DNA of 22,939 nucleotides from a virus. Taxonomy: Duplodnaviria; Heunggongvirae; Uroviricota; Caudoviricetes. Positions 8,334 to 16,227 of the stretch are shown piece after piece (position 1 is the first letter of the stretch; every line of letters starts with the position of its first letter). A program made the position numbers and the translations under genes. The DNA is taken from positions 1 through 22,939 of the IMG/VR virus record IMGVR_UViG_2671181100_000006, one strand, 5' to 3'. The notes below the pieces were generated by a model. That model did not search any database and was not told where the DNA came from. It saw nothing but the letters and a program-made list of their open reading frames with translations.

Positions 8334-8370
8334 ATTGCGAGTAACGCAATAGATGTGTGCGTAAAACGCA
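8334..8370. promoter_or_regulatory. Candidate left operator (OL) with two inverted-repeat sites, ATTGCGagtaaCGCAAT and TGCGtaaaaCGCA; probable pL region
   Basis: Palindromic GCG-N5-CGC sites read directly from the sequence, of the same type as three sites in the cI-cro intergenic region. Located just beyond the repressor-gene terminator, where a leftward early promoter is expected. Confidence 0.4.
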
Positions 8371-8380
8371 AATTTAGGGC

Positions 8381-8406
8381 GAAAAAAAAGGCCTCGAATG
8401 AGGCCT
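8381..8406 (-). terminator. Rho-independent terminator downstream of the repressor gene (minus strand)
   Basis: Hairpin AGGCCTC-gaat-GAGGCCT followed on the minus strand by an 8-nt U-tract (A8 on the plus strand at 8382-8389). Confidence 0.6.
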
Positions 8407-8424
8407 AGTTTATGATGATGAATG

Positions 8425-9120
8425 CTATCCATGCCGTTTAAAGGACTGAGACTGGCTTATTAAAACCTTTCCATAGATATAGAATCTGTGTTCATTCTCT
8501 TTAGTTATATTCCATTCTCTATAACGAGGGTTATCAGAGATGACTAGCAGTTGGTCTGGTATCATCTGCAGGCGTTTAACATAAACTTTTCCATCAAAAC
8601 CAAAGACGTAAATCCCATCCCCATCGAACTCATTGATAGTTACGTCCACAAAGATTAGGTCGCCAGGCTCAATCGTTGAGGCCATGCTATCACCGCGAAC
8701 GTTGATGACCTTTACTCCAGATGGAGTCCTGCCACCAAACATTGCCAATGCCTGATCATTGCTGAACTCGATAGCATGAATGACATCTATGACGTCACTA
8801 CCGTGTATATGTCCTGCCCCGGCGCTTGCGCTCACATCAAGTACCTCGACTCTGTATACATCCACATCCTTTACGGGAGATGCATATTTTTCACTGTTTA
8901 TATGTACAGTAGTATCATTTTCGTCAGAGGTAAATAGGTCAGGTACACTTACGCTTAAAGCTTGAGCAAGTCGGTTAAGTGTCTGTTCTGAAAACTGCTT
9001 TTGTTTACCAGTTTCAAGCCTGGAAATATTGGCAGCATCAACGCCCACAGCTTCTGCAAGCTCTGCGATTTTAATGTTCTTCGCTAAGCGAAGTTGTCGT
9101 ATGCGAGATCCTATTTTCAT
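8425..9120 (-). CDS. cI: CI-like prophage repressor (XRE-type HTH plus S24 LexA-like autopeptidase domain)
   Basis: N-terminal HTH (IRQLRLAKNIKIAELAEAVGVDAANISRLETG) and C-terminal S24 motifs (GDSM...VKRL). Divergent from cro across an operator-containing intergenic region. Confidence 0.85.
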   Translation of the reverse strand: MKIGSRIRQLRLAKNIKIAELAEAVGVDAANISRLETGKQKQFSEQTLNRLAQALSVSVPDLFTSDENDTTVHINSEKYASPVKDVDVYRVEVLDVSASAGAGHIHGSDVIDVIHAIEFSNDQALAMFGGRTPSGVKVINVRGDSMASTIEPGDLIFVDVTINEFDGDGIYVFGFDGKVYVKRLQMIPDQLLVISDNPRYREWNITKENEHRFYIYGKVLISQSQSFKRHG

Positions 9121-9141
9121 TCACTCATTACATGTTGTTTT

Positions 9142-9202
9142 TGCGTTTCGTGCAAAGCAACTTGCGCAATTCGCTAGCGTGGAATAACATGCGTAATACG
9201 CA
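9142..9202. promoter_or_regulatory. Candidate tripartite right operator (OR) with divergent pRM/pR region
   Basis: Three GCG-N5-(C/T)GC palindromes: TGCGtttcgTGCA (9142-9154), TGCGcaattCGCT (9163-9175) and TGCGtaataCGCA (9190-9202), between divergent cI and cro starts. Possible pR -35 TTGCGC / -10 TAACAT with 17-bp spacing. Confidence 0.5.
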
Positions 9203-9217
9203 AAAATAGGAGGCGTT

Positions 9218-9460
9218 ATGCAATCACCATTAAGAAAATTGCGAAAATCGCATGGCATGACCTTATTGCACGTTGCAACCGGGGTACAGGTAGATCCTGC
9301 AACGTTGAGCCGCATTGAAAGATGCGAGCAAGTCCCATCTGTCGAACTGGCGGAGAGATTAGCCAAGTTCTTTAGAGGAGAAATAAGCGAATTACACATT
9401 TTGTACCCAAGTCGCTATCAAACAGATGACGTACCAAGTGCAAATAATCGTACTGCTTAA
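9218..9460 (+). CDS. cro: Cro-like HTH transcriptional regulator
   Basis: 80-aa protein with XRE-type HTH (MTLLHVATGVQVDPATLSRIERCE). AGGAGG RBS. Divergent from the repressor. Confidence 0.75.
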   Translation: MQSPLRKLRKSHGMTLLHVATGVQVDPATLSRIERCEQVPSVELAERLAKFFRGEISELHILYPSRYQTDDVPSANNRTA

Positions 9461-9494
9461 GCGGTTATTCGATAACTACAAAAGGTAAATCAAG

Positions 9495-9956
9495 ATGGTA
9501 GAGCCAAACCTCAAAGAAGCCGTCAAAGCGATGTGCAAAGCATATCCAGGTGGGCGCGAAGCAATGGCTGGCGCACTGGGAATGACGGTGACGCAGTTTA
9601 ATAACAACCTTTACGAGAAAAACGGCTGTCGTTTCTTCGAAGTCAGCGAGCTGGAAGCGATGGAAGACATTTCCAACACGTCGTTACTGGCTGATTACTT
9701 CGCTCGCCGCCGTGGTGCTCTGCTGGTGGATGTTCCGCACCTGGAAGAGCTGGATCGCGTGGACTTGTTCAGCCGGGCAATGCGTACCTCTGCCGCCAGA
9801 GGACAGGTTGATCAGATTATCGAACAGGCACTTGAGGATGGGGTAATCGAAAGACATGAAGCTGAAGAAATCATGGTGCATCACCGCCGCCACTTGGCTG
9901 CGCGTGAAGAAGAGATTGCGGCAATTATCACGTTATTTGCACGCAAAAAGAAGTGA
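9495..9956 (+). CDS. CII-like / YdaT-like early regulatory protein (family assignment tentative)
   Basis: 153-aa ORF immediately downstream of cro, in the canonical cII position. Resemblance to prophage CII/YdaT-type proteins is from memory only. Confidence 0.45.
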   Translation: MVEPNLKEAVKAMCKAYPGGREAMAGALGMTVTQFNNNLYEKNGCRFFEVSELEAMEDISNTSLLADYFARRRGALLVDVPHLEELDRVDLFSRAMRTSAARGQVDQIIEQALEDGVIERHEAEEIMVHHRRHLAAREEEIAAIITLFARKKK

Positions 9957-10193
9957 CGCCAGCGAGTTGCAGCTCCTGGCGTCGTGGCGTGTCGTTATCA
10001 GTGGAGATTACTAACGCATGAACAGTTTATCAACACAATACCGCAGGTCGCAACTTGTAGCGCGGCCAGTTCCTGGTGGAGCAGGACCGGTGCAGTTCGT
10101 GTATGGGGTAAGAGTACCAGGCGGTTTCGAACCTGTCTGCTACCAGTTTGCTCAGTGGGTGGTAGGGGACTTTAACGGCCAGGCGGAGAAAGT

Positions 10194-10373
10194 ATGCGAG
10201 AGCTCAACCGATGGTTCAGAGATCACTACGGCGTCCCGGTCAGGGTCATACGCTGGGAGCCCCAGACACAGCGCGTTATATACCTGCGTAAAGGGTACGA
10301 GCATGAATGCTTTAGCCCCCTTGAGCAGTTCAGACGTAAATTCAGAGAAATAAAGGACGATCATGAGCACTAA
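10194..10373 (+). CDS. Small hypothetical protein (59 aa), not on the ORF track
   Basis: My own translation: MRELNRWFRDHYGVPVRVIRWEPQTQRVIYLRKGYEHECFSPLEQFRRKFREIKDDHEH. GGAGAA RBS; G/C-rich third codon positions; stop overlaps the start of the O-like gene. It overlaps the track ORF 10018-10353 in another frame, and only one of the two is likely real. Confidence 0.35.
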   Translation: MRELNRWFRDHYGVPVRVIRWEPQTQRVIYLRKGYEHECFSPLEQFRRKFREIKDDHEH

Positions 10374-11331
10374 ATTAACAGGATACGTCTGGGACGCTTG
10401 CGCATCTTCGGGGATGAAACTATCCAGCGTGGCAATCATGGCGCGCCTGGCTGACTTCAGCAACGATGAGGGTGTTTGCTGGCCTTCTATCGCGACCATA
10501 TCCCGTCAGATTGGCGCTGGTGAAAGTACTGTCAGAACGGCGATAACTGCGCTTGAGAAAGAGGGATGGCTCACCCGTACGCAACGCCGCAATGGCAACC
10601 GTAATGCATCGAACGTCTACCAGCTCAACGTTTCCAAACTACAGAAAGCGGCATTTTCTCACCTGTCAGTTTCTGACACGTCAAAATCTGACACATCAAA
10701 ATCTGAACCGTCAAAATCTGATGCGTCAAAAATTGACCCCTCAAAATTTGAGGCGTCGGAATCCACCAAAAAAACCAGTTTTGACCCGTCAGAATCTGGG
10801 GGGGATCCGTCAGTAAAATCAACTACTGATCCATCAGATATAAATCCTTCTTGTCCGGACGCTTCGCAACCGGACGAACAGGGCTCTGCTGATGAATTTC
10901 TGTCACGACATCCTGACGCGGTGGTGTACAGCGCTGCAAAGCGGCAGTGGGGCAGCCAGGACGATTTAACCTGCGCCCAGTTCATTTGGGGAAAAATTAT
11001 CAGCATGTACGAACTGGCTGCTGAAAGTGATGGTGAGGTAGTTCGCCCTAAAGAACCAAACTGGACCGCATGGGCGAATGAGGTTCGCCTGATGGTGATG
11101 CAGGACGGGAGAACCCATAAGCAAATTTGCTCACTGTTCAAGCGCGCCAACAAAGATTCGTTCTGGTGTAAAAACGTACTCAGCCCGTCGAAGCTTCGGG
11201 AAAAATGGGATGAGCTGTCGTTAAAACTATCTGCTCCACTCAATAGCTCCCGCCAGGAGTCGTCCATTTCGCGAGCCAGCTTCGATGGGGTTGATTACTC
11301 ATTGCCAGAAAACTCGGGGTTCCGCACATGA
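10363..11331 (+). CDS. Replication initiator (lambda O-like) with N-terminal winged-helix DNA-binding domain and internal origin iterons
   Basis: N-terminal HTH-like region (SVAIMARLADFSNDEGVCWPSIATISRQIGAGESTVRTAITALEKEGWL). Low-complexity linker encoded by tandem 15-bp DNA repeats. Position after cII matches O. Confidence 0.65.
   Translation: MSTKLTGYVWDACASSGMKLSSVAIMARLADFSNDEGVCWPSIATISRQIGAGESTVRTAITALEKEGWLTRTQRRNGNRNASNVYQLNVSKLQKAAFSHLSVSDTSKSDTSKSEPSKSDASKIDPSKFEASESTKKTSFDPSESGGDPSVKSTTDPSDINPSCPDASQPDEQGSADEFLSRHPDAVVYSAAKRQWGSQDDLTCAQFIWGKIISMYELAAESDGEVVRPKEPNWTAWANEVRLMVMQDGRTHKQICSLFKRANKDSFWCKNVLSPSKLREKWDELSLKLSAPLNSSRQESSISRASFDGVDYSLPENSGFRT
10666..10755 (+). repeat. Putative replication origin: six tandem ~15-bp iterons (TCAAAATCTGAnnnn) followed by an A/T-rich tract, embedded in the initiator ORF
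   Basis: Units read directly: tcagtttctgacacg / tcaaaatctgacaca / tcaaaatctgaaccg / tcaaaatctgatgcg / tcaaaaattgacccc / tcaaaatttgaggcg, then caccaaaaaaaccagtttt. Same layout as ori-lambda inside gene O. Confidence 0.6.
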
Positions 11332-12137
11332 GTAAGCCATTTCTCAAATGGGCTGGTGGAAAGTATACCCAGCTGGCTGACCTGTTCGTGCATATCCCGG
11401 CAGGGAAACGCCTGATAGAGCCATTCGTTGGTGGTGGGTCGGTATTCCTGAACAGCGAAAAGCACGCAGATTACCTGCTGGCGGACGTTAACCCAGACCT
11501 GATTAATCTGTATCAGATGTTAGCGGTGGTGCCGGATGAAGTGGAATTAAAGGCCCGCTGGATGTTTGAGCACATGCGGTCACCAGATGGCTATGAGCTG
11601 ATCCGTTCCGAGTTCAACGCTCAGACGCTGGATGCTACTGAACGCGCAGCTGCATTCCTGTATCTCAACCGGCATTGTTTCAATGGCCTGATGCGCTACA
11701 ACCAGGCGAATAAGTTCAATGTGGGCTGGGGAGGCTACAAGGCCCCGTATTACCCGATGGATGAGATGAAAGCCTTTGCGGCTATGGCGCATAACTGCGT
11801 ATTCATGACCGCTGATTACCGTCGGACAATCAGCCTGGCCGGGAAAGGGGATGTGGTTTACTGCGATCCGCCTTACGAACCGATGCCGGGAACAGCCGGA
11901 TTCACTGCCTACGCCGCTGGTGGGTTTAACTGGGAGAACCAGGTAGACCTGGCGAAGCAATGTGTATCAGCCTTTCACCGTGGGGCTCGGGTAGTGATTT
12001 CTAACTCATCCGCCCCGAAGGTTCTCGACCTGTACCGGGAGCATGGTTTTAACCTGCAATTCATCAAAGCGCGCCGTTCGATCTCCTGCAAAAGCAGTAC
12101 GCGGGAAGTCGCAAAAGACGTTGTAGCGATCCTTTAA
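11328..12137 (+). CDS. dam: DNA adenine N6-methyltransferase (Dam-like, D12 class), orphan phage methylase
   Basis: Motifs KWAGGK, FVGGGSV (AdoMet binding) and DPPY (catalytic). No adjacent restriction endonuclease gene. Confidence 0.85.
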   Translation: MSKPFLKWAGGKYTQLADLFVHIPAGKRLIEPFVGGGSVFLNSEKHADYLLADVNPDLINLYQMLAVVPDEVELKARWMFEHMRSPDGYELIRSEFNAQTLDATERAAAFLYLNRHCFNGLMRYNQANKFNVGWGGYKAPYYPMDEMKAFAAMAHNCVFMTADYRRTISLAGKGDVVYCDPPYEPMPGTAGFTAYAAGGFNWENQVDLAKQCVSAFHRGARVVISNSSAPKVLDLYREHGFNLQFIKARRSISCKSSTREVAKDVVAIL

Positions 12138-12146
12138 GGGGGCTAA

Positions 12147-12524
12147 ATGAAACTGACTTTACCATTTCCACCGAGCGTAAATAGTTACTGGCGCGCTCCG
12201 AGCAAGGGACCGCTGAAAGGCAGGCATCTGGTAAGCGAGACAGGGCGCAAGTTCCAGCAGGCAGCGAGAGCGGCGATTATTGAGCAACTGCGGGCCGCTC
12301 CCCGGCCATCCTCTGATCTGGCCGAGGTTCACATTGTGTTGTATCCGCCGGATGAGCGCCGTCGGGATATCGATAACTACAACAAAGCGCTGTTCGATGC
12401 CCTGACTCTAACAGGCGTCTGGGAAGACGACAGTCAGGTTAAGCGCATGCTGGTGGAGTGGGGGAACATCGTGAAGAAAGGGAAAGTAGAAATCACTATC
12501 CGTCGTTTTCGTGCAGCTGCCTGA
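12147..12524 (+). CDS. rusA: Holliday junction resolvase RusA
   Basis: 125-aa protein close in sequence and length to E. coli RusA (LPFPPSVNSYWR..., ...RRRDIDNYNKALFDALT...). Confidence 0.9.
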   Translation: MKLTLPFPPSVNSYWRAPSKGPLKGRHLVSETGRKFQQAARAAIIEQLRAAPRPSSDLAEVHIVLYPPDERRRDIDNYNKALFDALTLTGVWEDDSQVKRMLVEWGNIVKKGKVEITIRRFRAAA

Positions 12525-12536
12525 CGTGGAGATGAT

Positions 12537-13517
12537 ATGAGAGCACTACTAACCCCTGAGATTGCCCCACGCATGGGCGTTGTTCTGCTTCGCCCAGGCG
12601 CTGATCTCATGCCGATGTTCAGGAGAGGGCGGGTACTGATTGAGCCTGCACCGGAAAAATACAGCGACTACGCAACCGGCGCTATCCCTCCCGCCACGCA
12701 GCCACTGGCAGAAGACCCGGTTTTGAAGCCAGTCTTCGAAAACAAAGACGTCATTCTGCGCGCGGGTGGTATCAGCTCGCTGGAGGCCGAGCTGGAGCGT
12801 CGTTTTGAATGCCAGTATCCGCATGGCTCGTGGCACAGCGAAAATTTTACGCTGTTCCGGCATGAGCCTGGCAGCATCCGCCTTTGCTGGGCCTGCGATA
12901 ACCTGGTGCGTGATCAGTACACAGAGACGCTGGCAGGCATTGCGCGTGGGAACCTGGTATCCTGGTTGATAACGGTCATCCGCTCACAGCTGGGGTTCAA
13001 CGAAGACCATCAACTGACGATCCCAGAGTTGTGCTGGTGGCTGGTAATAAACAATCTGGCGCACGTCATCCCTGAATCGCTGGCCCGGAAAGCCCTGCGA
13101 TTGCCGGAAATAAAGCATCAACCGGTGATGAAGGAGAGCGATATTGTGCCGGAGCCAGCGGCGAGCGAAGTGGTGCAGAAAAAGATTCTCGGTCTTCGCG
13201 TAGATCCTGAAACGCCGGAATCATTTATGCTGCGACCAAAGCGCCGCCGCTGGGTAAACGAGAGCTGGACGCGCTGGGTTAAGTCTCAGTCGTGTGTCTG
13301 CTGTAACAAACAAGCAGATGATCCCCATCACCTGATAGGCCACGGACAAGGTGGAATGGGAACAAAAGCGCATGACCTGTTTGTGTTGCCGCTTTGCAGA
13401 GCGCATCACGACGAGTTGCACGCTGACACCGTGGCATTTGAGGAGAAGCACGGCTCACAGCTGGAGCTGCTGTTTCGATTTCTGGATCGTTCGCTGGCAA
13501 TTAGCGTGCTGGCATAG
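12537..13517 (+). CDS. Phage protein with C-terminal DUF968-like / HNH-like Cys-His motif
   Basis: C-terminus CVCCNKQADDPHHLIGHGQGGMGTKAHDLFVLPLCRAHHDELH resembles HNH/DUF968 zinc-binding regions common in lambdoid nin regions. Assignment from memory. Confidence 0.5.
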   Translation: MRALLTPEIAPRMGVVLLRPGADLMPMFRRGRVLIEPAPEKYSDYATGAIPPATQPLAEDPVLKPVFENKDVILRAGGISSLEAELERRFECQYPHGSWHSENFTLFRHEPGSIRLCWACDNLVRDQYTETLAGIARGNLVSWLITVIRSQLGFNEDHQLTIPELCWWLVINNLAHVIPESLARKALRLPEIKHQPVMKESDIVPEPAASEVVQKKILGLRVDPETPESFMLRPKRRRWVNESWTRWVKSQSCVCCNKQADDPHHLIGHGQGGMGTKAHDLFVLPLCRAHHDELHADTVAFEEKHGSQLELLFRFLDRSLAISVLA

Positions 13518-13530
13518 TGGAGAACGCATA

Positions 13531-14109
13531 ATGATTAACCCGTCCGAGGTTGGAAAAGCTGGTGAAATGGTCAGGCTGAAAACGCTGGAGGCCATCTGGA
13601 TTCAGGGGAAGCTGCGCATGTGGGGCCGCTGGTCTTACATCGGCGGCGGTAGTGGCGGCAATATGTTTAACCAGTTACTGGCTTCCGGGAAAGTCACTAA
13701 AACAGCCATCAACGAAGCATTACGCCGGATGAAGAAGTCCGGCATCTCGAAGCCAGAGCTTGAGGCGTTTTTTCGTGAAATACTCGCGGGGAAAAACAAA
13801 AGCGGCCTGGCCTTCTGTACAGACGATGAAGGACTGCTGATTGATAAGGTACTGGGGGCAGTCCTCATTACGGGTGGTCATAAAGAGCTATACCACCTGC
13901 TGGTGGAGCATTACCGGTTACGGAAGAGCAAACGCCGCATAGCGGAAGAGCTCTATGAAAAGCATCCAGACTGGTGCTTTATGACATGCAGACGAAGAGT
14001 TGATACATGGCTAAGTTTGGCAGAATCGATGCTGTACGCACCAATGTGTGACGCATTCGGCACAAATGGCGACAGATTTTACTTGCAAAGTGAGCCAGAA
14101 ACTGCTTGA
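13531..14109 (+). CDS. Q: Late-gene antiterminator Q (phage 82-type family)
   Basis: Start placed at the ATG (MINPSEV...) with GGAG RBS, in frame with the longer track ORF. Motif KLRMWGRW resembles the ERWGAW signature of phage 82-type Q proteins. Followed by a terminator. Confidence 0.65.
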   Translation: MINPSEVGKAGEMVRLKTLEAIWIQGKLRMWGRWSYIGGGSGGNMFNQLLASGKVTKTAINEALRRMKKSGISKPELEAFFREILAGKNKSGLAFCTDDEGLLIDKVLGAVLITGGHKELYHLLVEHYRLRKSKRRIAEELYEKHPDWCFMTCRRRVDTWLSLAESMLYAPMCDAFGTNGDRFYLQSEPETA

Positions 14110-14154
14110 ATTGTGATAGGCTCGGGACGTTAAAGCGAACTGAGCAGCAGAACC

Positions 14155-14186
14155 AAAAAAAACCCGCTTAAAGGCGGGTTTTGTGC
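14155..14186 (+). terminator. Rho-independent terminator after Q (possible tR' or insulating terminator)
   Basis: A8 run, hairpin ACCCGC-ttaaag-GCGGGT, then TTTTG. Confidence 0.6.
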
Positions 14187-14260
14187 GAAAAATAGCCACT
14201 CCAAGATGGCCCATTAAAGCATGGTAAAATACGTGTTAACCCCACAAAGAGGAGTTAGAC

Positions 14261-14500
14261 ATGGCTATTACCCTGCATCAAAAAGAAATCATGATTCTCA
14301 TGACGGACCCCAACTTAAAAGTGCCGGTCCAACACACCAACTTCCCTTTTGAGCATCCATACAAAATTGATTCGGCTATAGAGCAGCTATATCGGATGGG
14401 ATACATTACAGCAATACAGTCGAAATCTGATTCTAGTTGGCTCGCCACTTCAATCACACCAAAAGGTTATGTCTTTCTTAACGAGGCAGGGTTGGTTTAA
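14261..14500 (+). CDS. Hypothetical small protein (79 aa), moron between Q and the lysis cassette
   Basis: Strong RBS AGAGGAG. Upstream extended -10-like element TGGTAAAAT at about 14228-14240. Followed by its own terminator. Confidence 0.6.
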   Translation: MAITLHQKEIMILMTDPNLKVPVQHTNFPFEHPYKIDSAIEQLYRMGYITAIQSKSDSSWLATSITPKGYVFLNEAGLV

Positions 14501-14531
14501 TAGAATTTCAGCAACTGTGTATATCAAAAGT

Positions 14532-14556
14532 AAAACCCCGCTTCGGCGGGTTTTTT
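14532..14556 (+). terminator. Rho-independent terminator
   Basis: AAAACCCCGC-ttcg-GCGGG followed by TTTTTT. Confidence 0.65.
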
Positions 14557-14665
14557 CATTTATGGCCCAGGCTAAAAATTGCATATTAACCGTGAAACGC
14601 ATAAGCCTGCGGCCTGAATTCTTTCCCCTCGTTCTGAGAGGATTCACAGCAATAGAGGGGGACCG

Positions 14666-15052
14666 ATGTCCGAACCAATAACCGGCACAGGCTTAGCTGG
14701 TGGCGCTTTAACTGGGGCGAGTGTTTACGGGCTATTAACCGGTACAGACTACGGTGTTGTGTTCGGGGCATTTGCTGGTTCCGTCTTTTATATAGCGACA
14801 GCGGCCGATTTGAGCGCCCCACGACGGATGGCATATTTCGTTGTGTCCTATATTGCTGGAGTTCTGTGCTCCGGGCTGGTCGGTTCTAAGTTATCCGACC
14901 TTACCGGGTACAACGATAAGCCTCTGGATGCAATTGGTGCCGTAATCATTTCGGCATTGGCCGTAAAAATACTCACCTTCCTGAACAATCAGGATATTGG
15001 CTCGCTGGTGGCGCTAATAACGCGCCGGGGAGGTTCCGGTGGTACTAAATGA
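14666..15052 (+). CDS. Holin (multi-TMD small membrane protein)
   Basis: 128-aa Gly/Ala-rich hydrophobic protein with several predicted TM helices and a charged C-terminus, first gene of the lysis cassette. RBS GAGGGGGA. Confidence 0.6.
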   Translation: MSEPITGTGLAGGALTGASVYGLLTGTDYGVVFGAFAGSVFYIATAADLSAPRRMAYFVVSYIAGVLCSGLVGSKLSDLTGYNDKPLDAIGAVIISALAVKILTFLNNQDIGSLVALITRRGGSGGTK

Positions 15053-15320
15053 TCCTACTGCAACCATCAATGCGCTGTTATGTGCTGGTGTCGTTGTTAC
15101 GTTGATGTTCTATCGCCGCAGAGACTCACGTCATCGTAAGTGGGTGTCGCGGCTGGCATGGCTGATAACAGTGATTTACAGCTCTGTGCCGTTGGCGTAT
15201 CTGTGCGGCATCTATCCCTATTCATCATGGCCCACCATTGCGGCCAATATCATGATCCTTGTTGTGCTGCTGAGCGTAAGAGGCAATGTAGCGCGGCTGG
15301 TTGATGCACTGAGGCACTAA
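15039..15320 (+). CDS. Small membrane protein of the lysis cassette (second holin / antiholin-like)
   Basis: 93 aa with three hydrophobic segments. GTG start preceded by GGGAGG. Overlaps the holin 3' end and its stop overlaps the endolysin start. Confidence 0.5.
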   Translation: MVLNDPTATINALLCAGVVVTLMFYRRRDSRHRKWVSRLAWLITVIYSSVPLAYLCGIYPYSSWPTIAANIMILVVLLSVRGNVARLVDALRH

Positions 15321-15949
15321 TGAATCAAACACAATTCCAGAAGGCGGCTGGTATCAGCGCCGGGTTAGCTGCGCGCTGGTATCCGCATATTACAGCTGCG
15401 ATGAAAGAGTTCGGCATCACTGCTCCACTCGATCAGGCAATGTTCATTGCTCAATGCGGCCATGAAAGCCTCGGTTTTAACAGGGTGGTGGAGAATTTCA
15501 ACTACAGCATCGCCGGGCTTGCTGATTTTGTTCGTTACGGCAGGTTAACGCAGGATCAGGCCAATTCCCTCGGGCGTAGCCAGTCGGAAACAGTGTTACC
15601 TCTGGAGCGCCAGCGGGCTATCGCCAACATTGTCTATAGCAAGCGGTTGGGTAACAACAGGGCAACTGATGGATGGGCTTATCGTGGGCGCGGACTTATT
15701 CAAATAACCGGATTGTCAAATTACCGGGACTGCGGTAACGGGCTGAAGGTTGATCTAGTGGCACAGCCAGAATTACTGGAGCAGTCCTCGTACGCGGCCC
15801 GTAGTGCAGCGTGGTTCTATGTCTCAAAAGGTTGCTTGAAATATCCGGGTGAGCTTGTCCGGGTTACTCAGATTATCAACGGCGGACAAAACGGGATTAA
15901 TAACCGGCGCGCTCGCTTCCTGAAAGCAAAATCGGTACTGGTGGTGTGA
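15320..15949 (+). CDS. Endolysin, glycoside hydrolase family 19 (chitinase-like lysozyme)
   Basis: GH19 signature ...WAYRGRGLIQITGLSNYRDCG... and catalytic-region CGHESLGF. Sits between the holin genes and the spanins. Confidence 0.75.
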   Translation: MNQTQFQKAAGISAGLAARWYPHITAAMKEFGITAPLDQAMFIAQCGHESLGFNRVVENFNYSIAGLADFVRYGRLTQDQANSLGRSQSETVLPLERQRAIANIVYSKRLGNNRATDGWAYRGRGLIQITGLSNYRDCGNGLKVDLVAQPELLEQSSYAARSAAWFYVSKGCLKYPGELVRVTQIINGGQNGINNRRARFLKAKSVLVV

Positions 15950-16227
15950 TCATGGGAATCGAAGCTATCGCGGGGCTGGTGGTTGTCATCCTGGGTGCTA
16001 TCGCTGGCGCGTTCGGCATCGGCCATGCTCGCGGGACCAGTAAGGCAGAAGCCAAAGCCGATCAGCAGCGTACCGAAGAGAACGCCGCCGCCACCGTCGC
16101 CGCGGCAGAACGTAAGGCGGAAGTTGTGAAAGAGGCAAGCGATGTACAGCAAACCGTTAGTCATATGCCTGATGACGATGTTGATCGCGAGCTGCGCGAA
16201 AAGTTTACCCGCCCCGGTAGTCGTTGA
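15946..16227 (+). CDS. i-spanin (Rz-like inner-membrane spanin subunit)
   Basis: N-terminal TM segment (IAGLVVVILGAIAGAFGI) followed by a charged periplasmic domain. Start is GTG at 15946 or ATG at 15952. Confidence 0.6.
   Translation: MIMGIEAIAGLVVVILGAIAGAFGIGHARGTSKAEAKADQQRTEENAAATVAAAERKAEVVKEASDVQQTVSHMPDDDVDRELREKFTRPGSR

Noticed and set aside
7906-8352. ORFs 7906-8100 (-), 8106-8327 (+) and 8167-8352 (+) in the early-left leader, considered as possible N-like antiterminator genes
   Set aside because: No RBS, no arginine-rich N-like composition and mutually overlapping; the region is better treated as non-coding pending comparative data.
9121-9399. Minus-strand ORF 9121-9399 across the cI-cro intergenic region and cro
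   Set aside because: Runs antisense through the operator/promoter region and cro; Cys-rich nonsense-like product; no RBS.
10553-11267. ORFs 10553-10816 (+), 10625-10822 (-) and 10659-11267 (-) overlapping the initiator gene
   Set aside because: Artefacts of the tandem iteron repeats and shadow frames (translations repeat QNL/QIL units); the initiator frame has the HTH domain and proper start context.
8121-14640. Shared 11-mer GTTCTGAGAGG at about 8121 and 14630
   Set aside because: A single short match at two unrelated positions with no surrounding similarity; consistent with chance.
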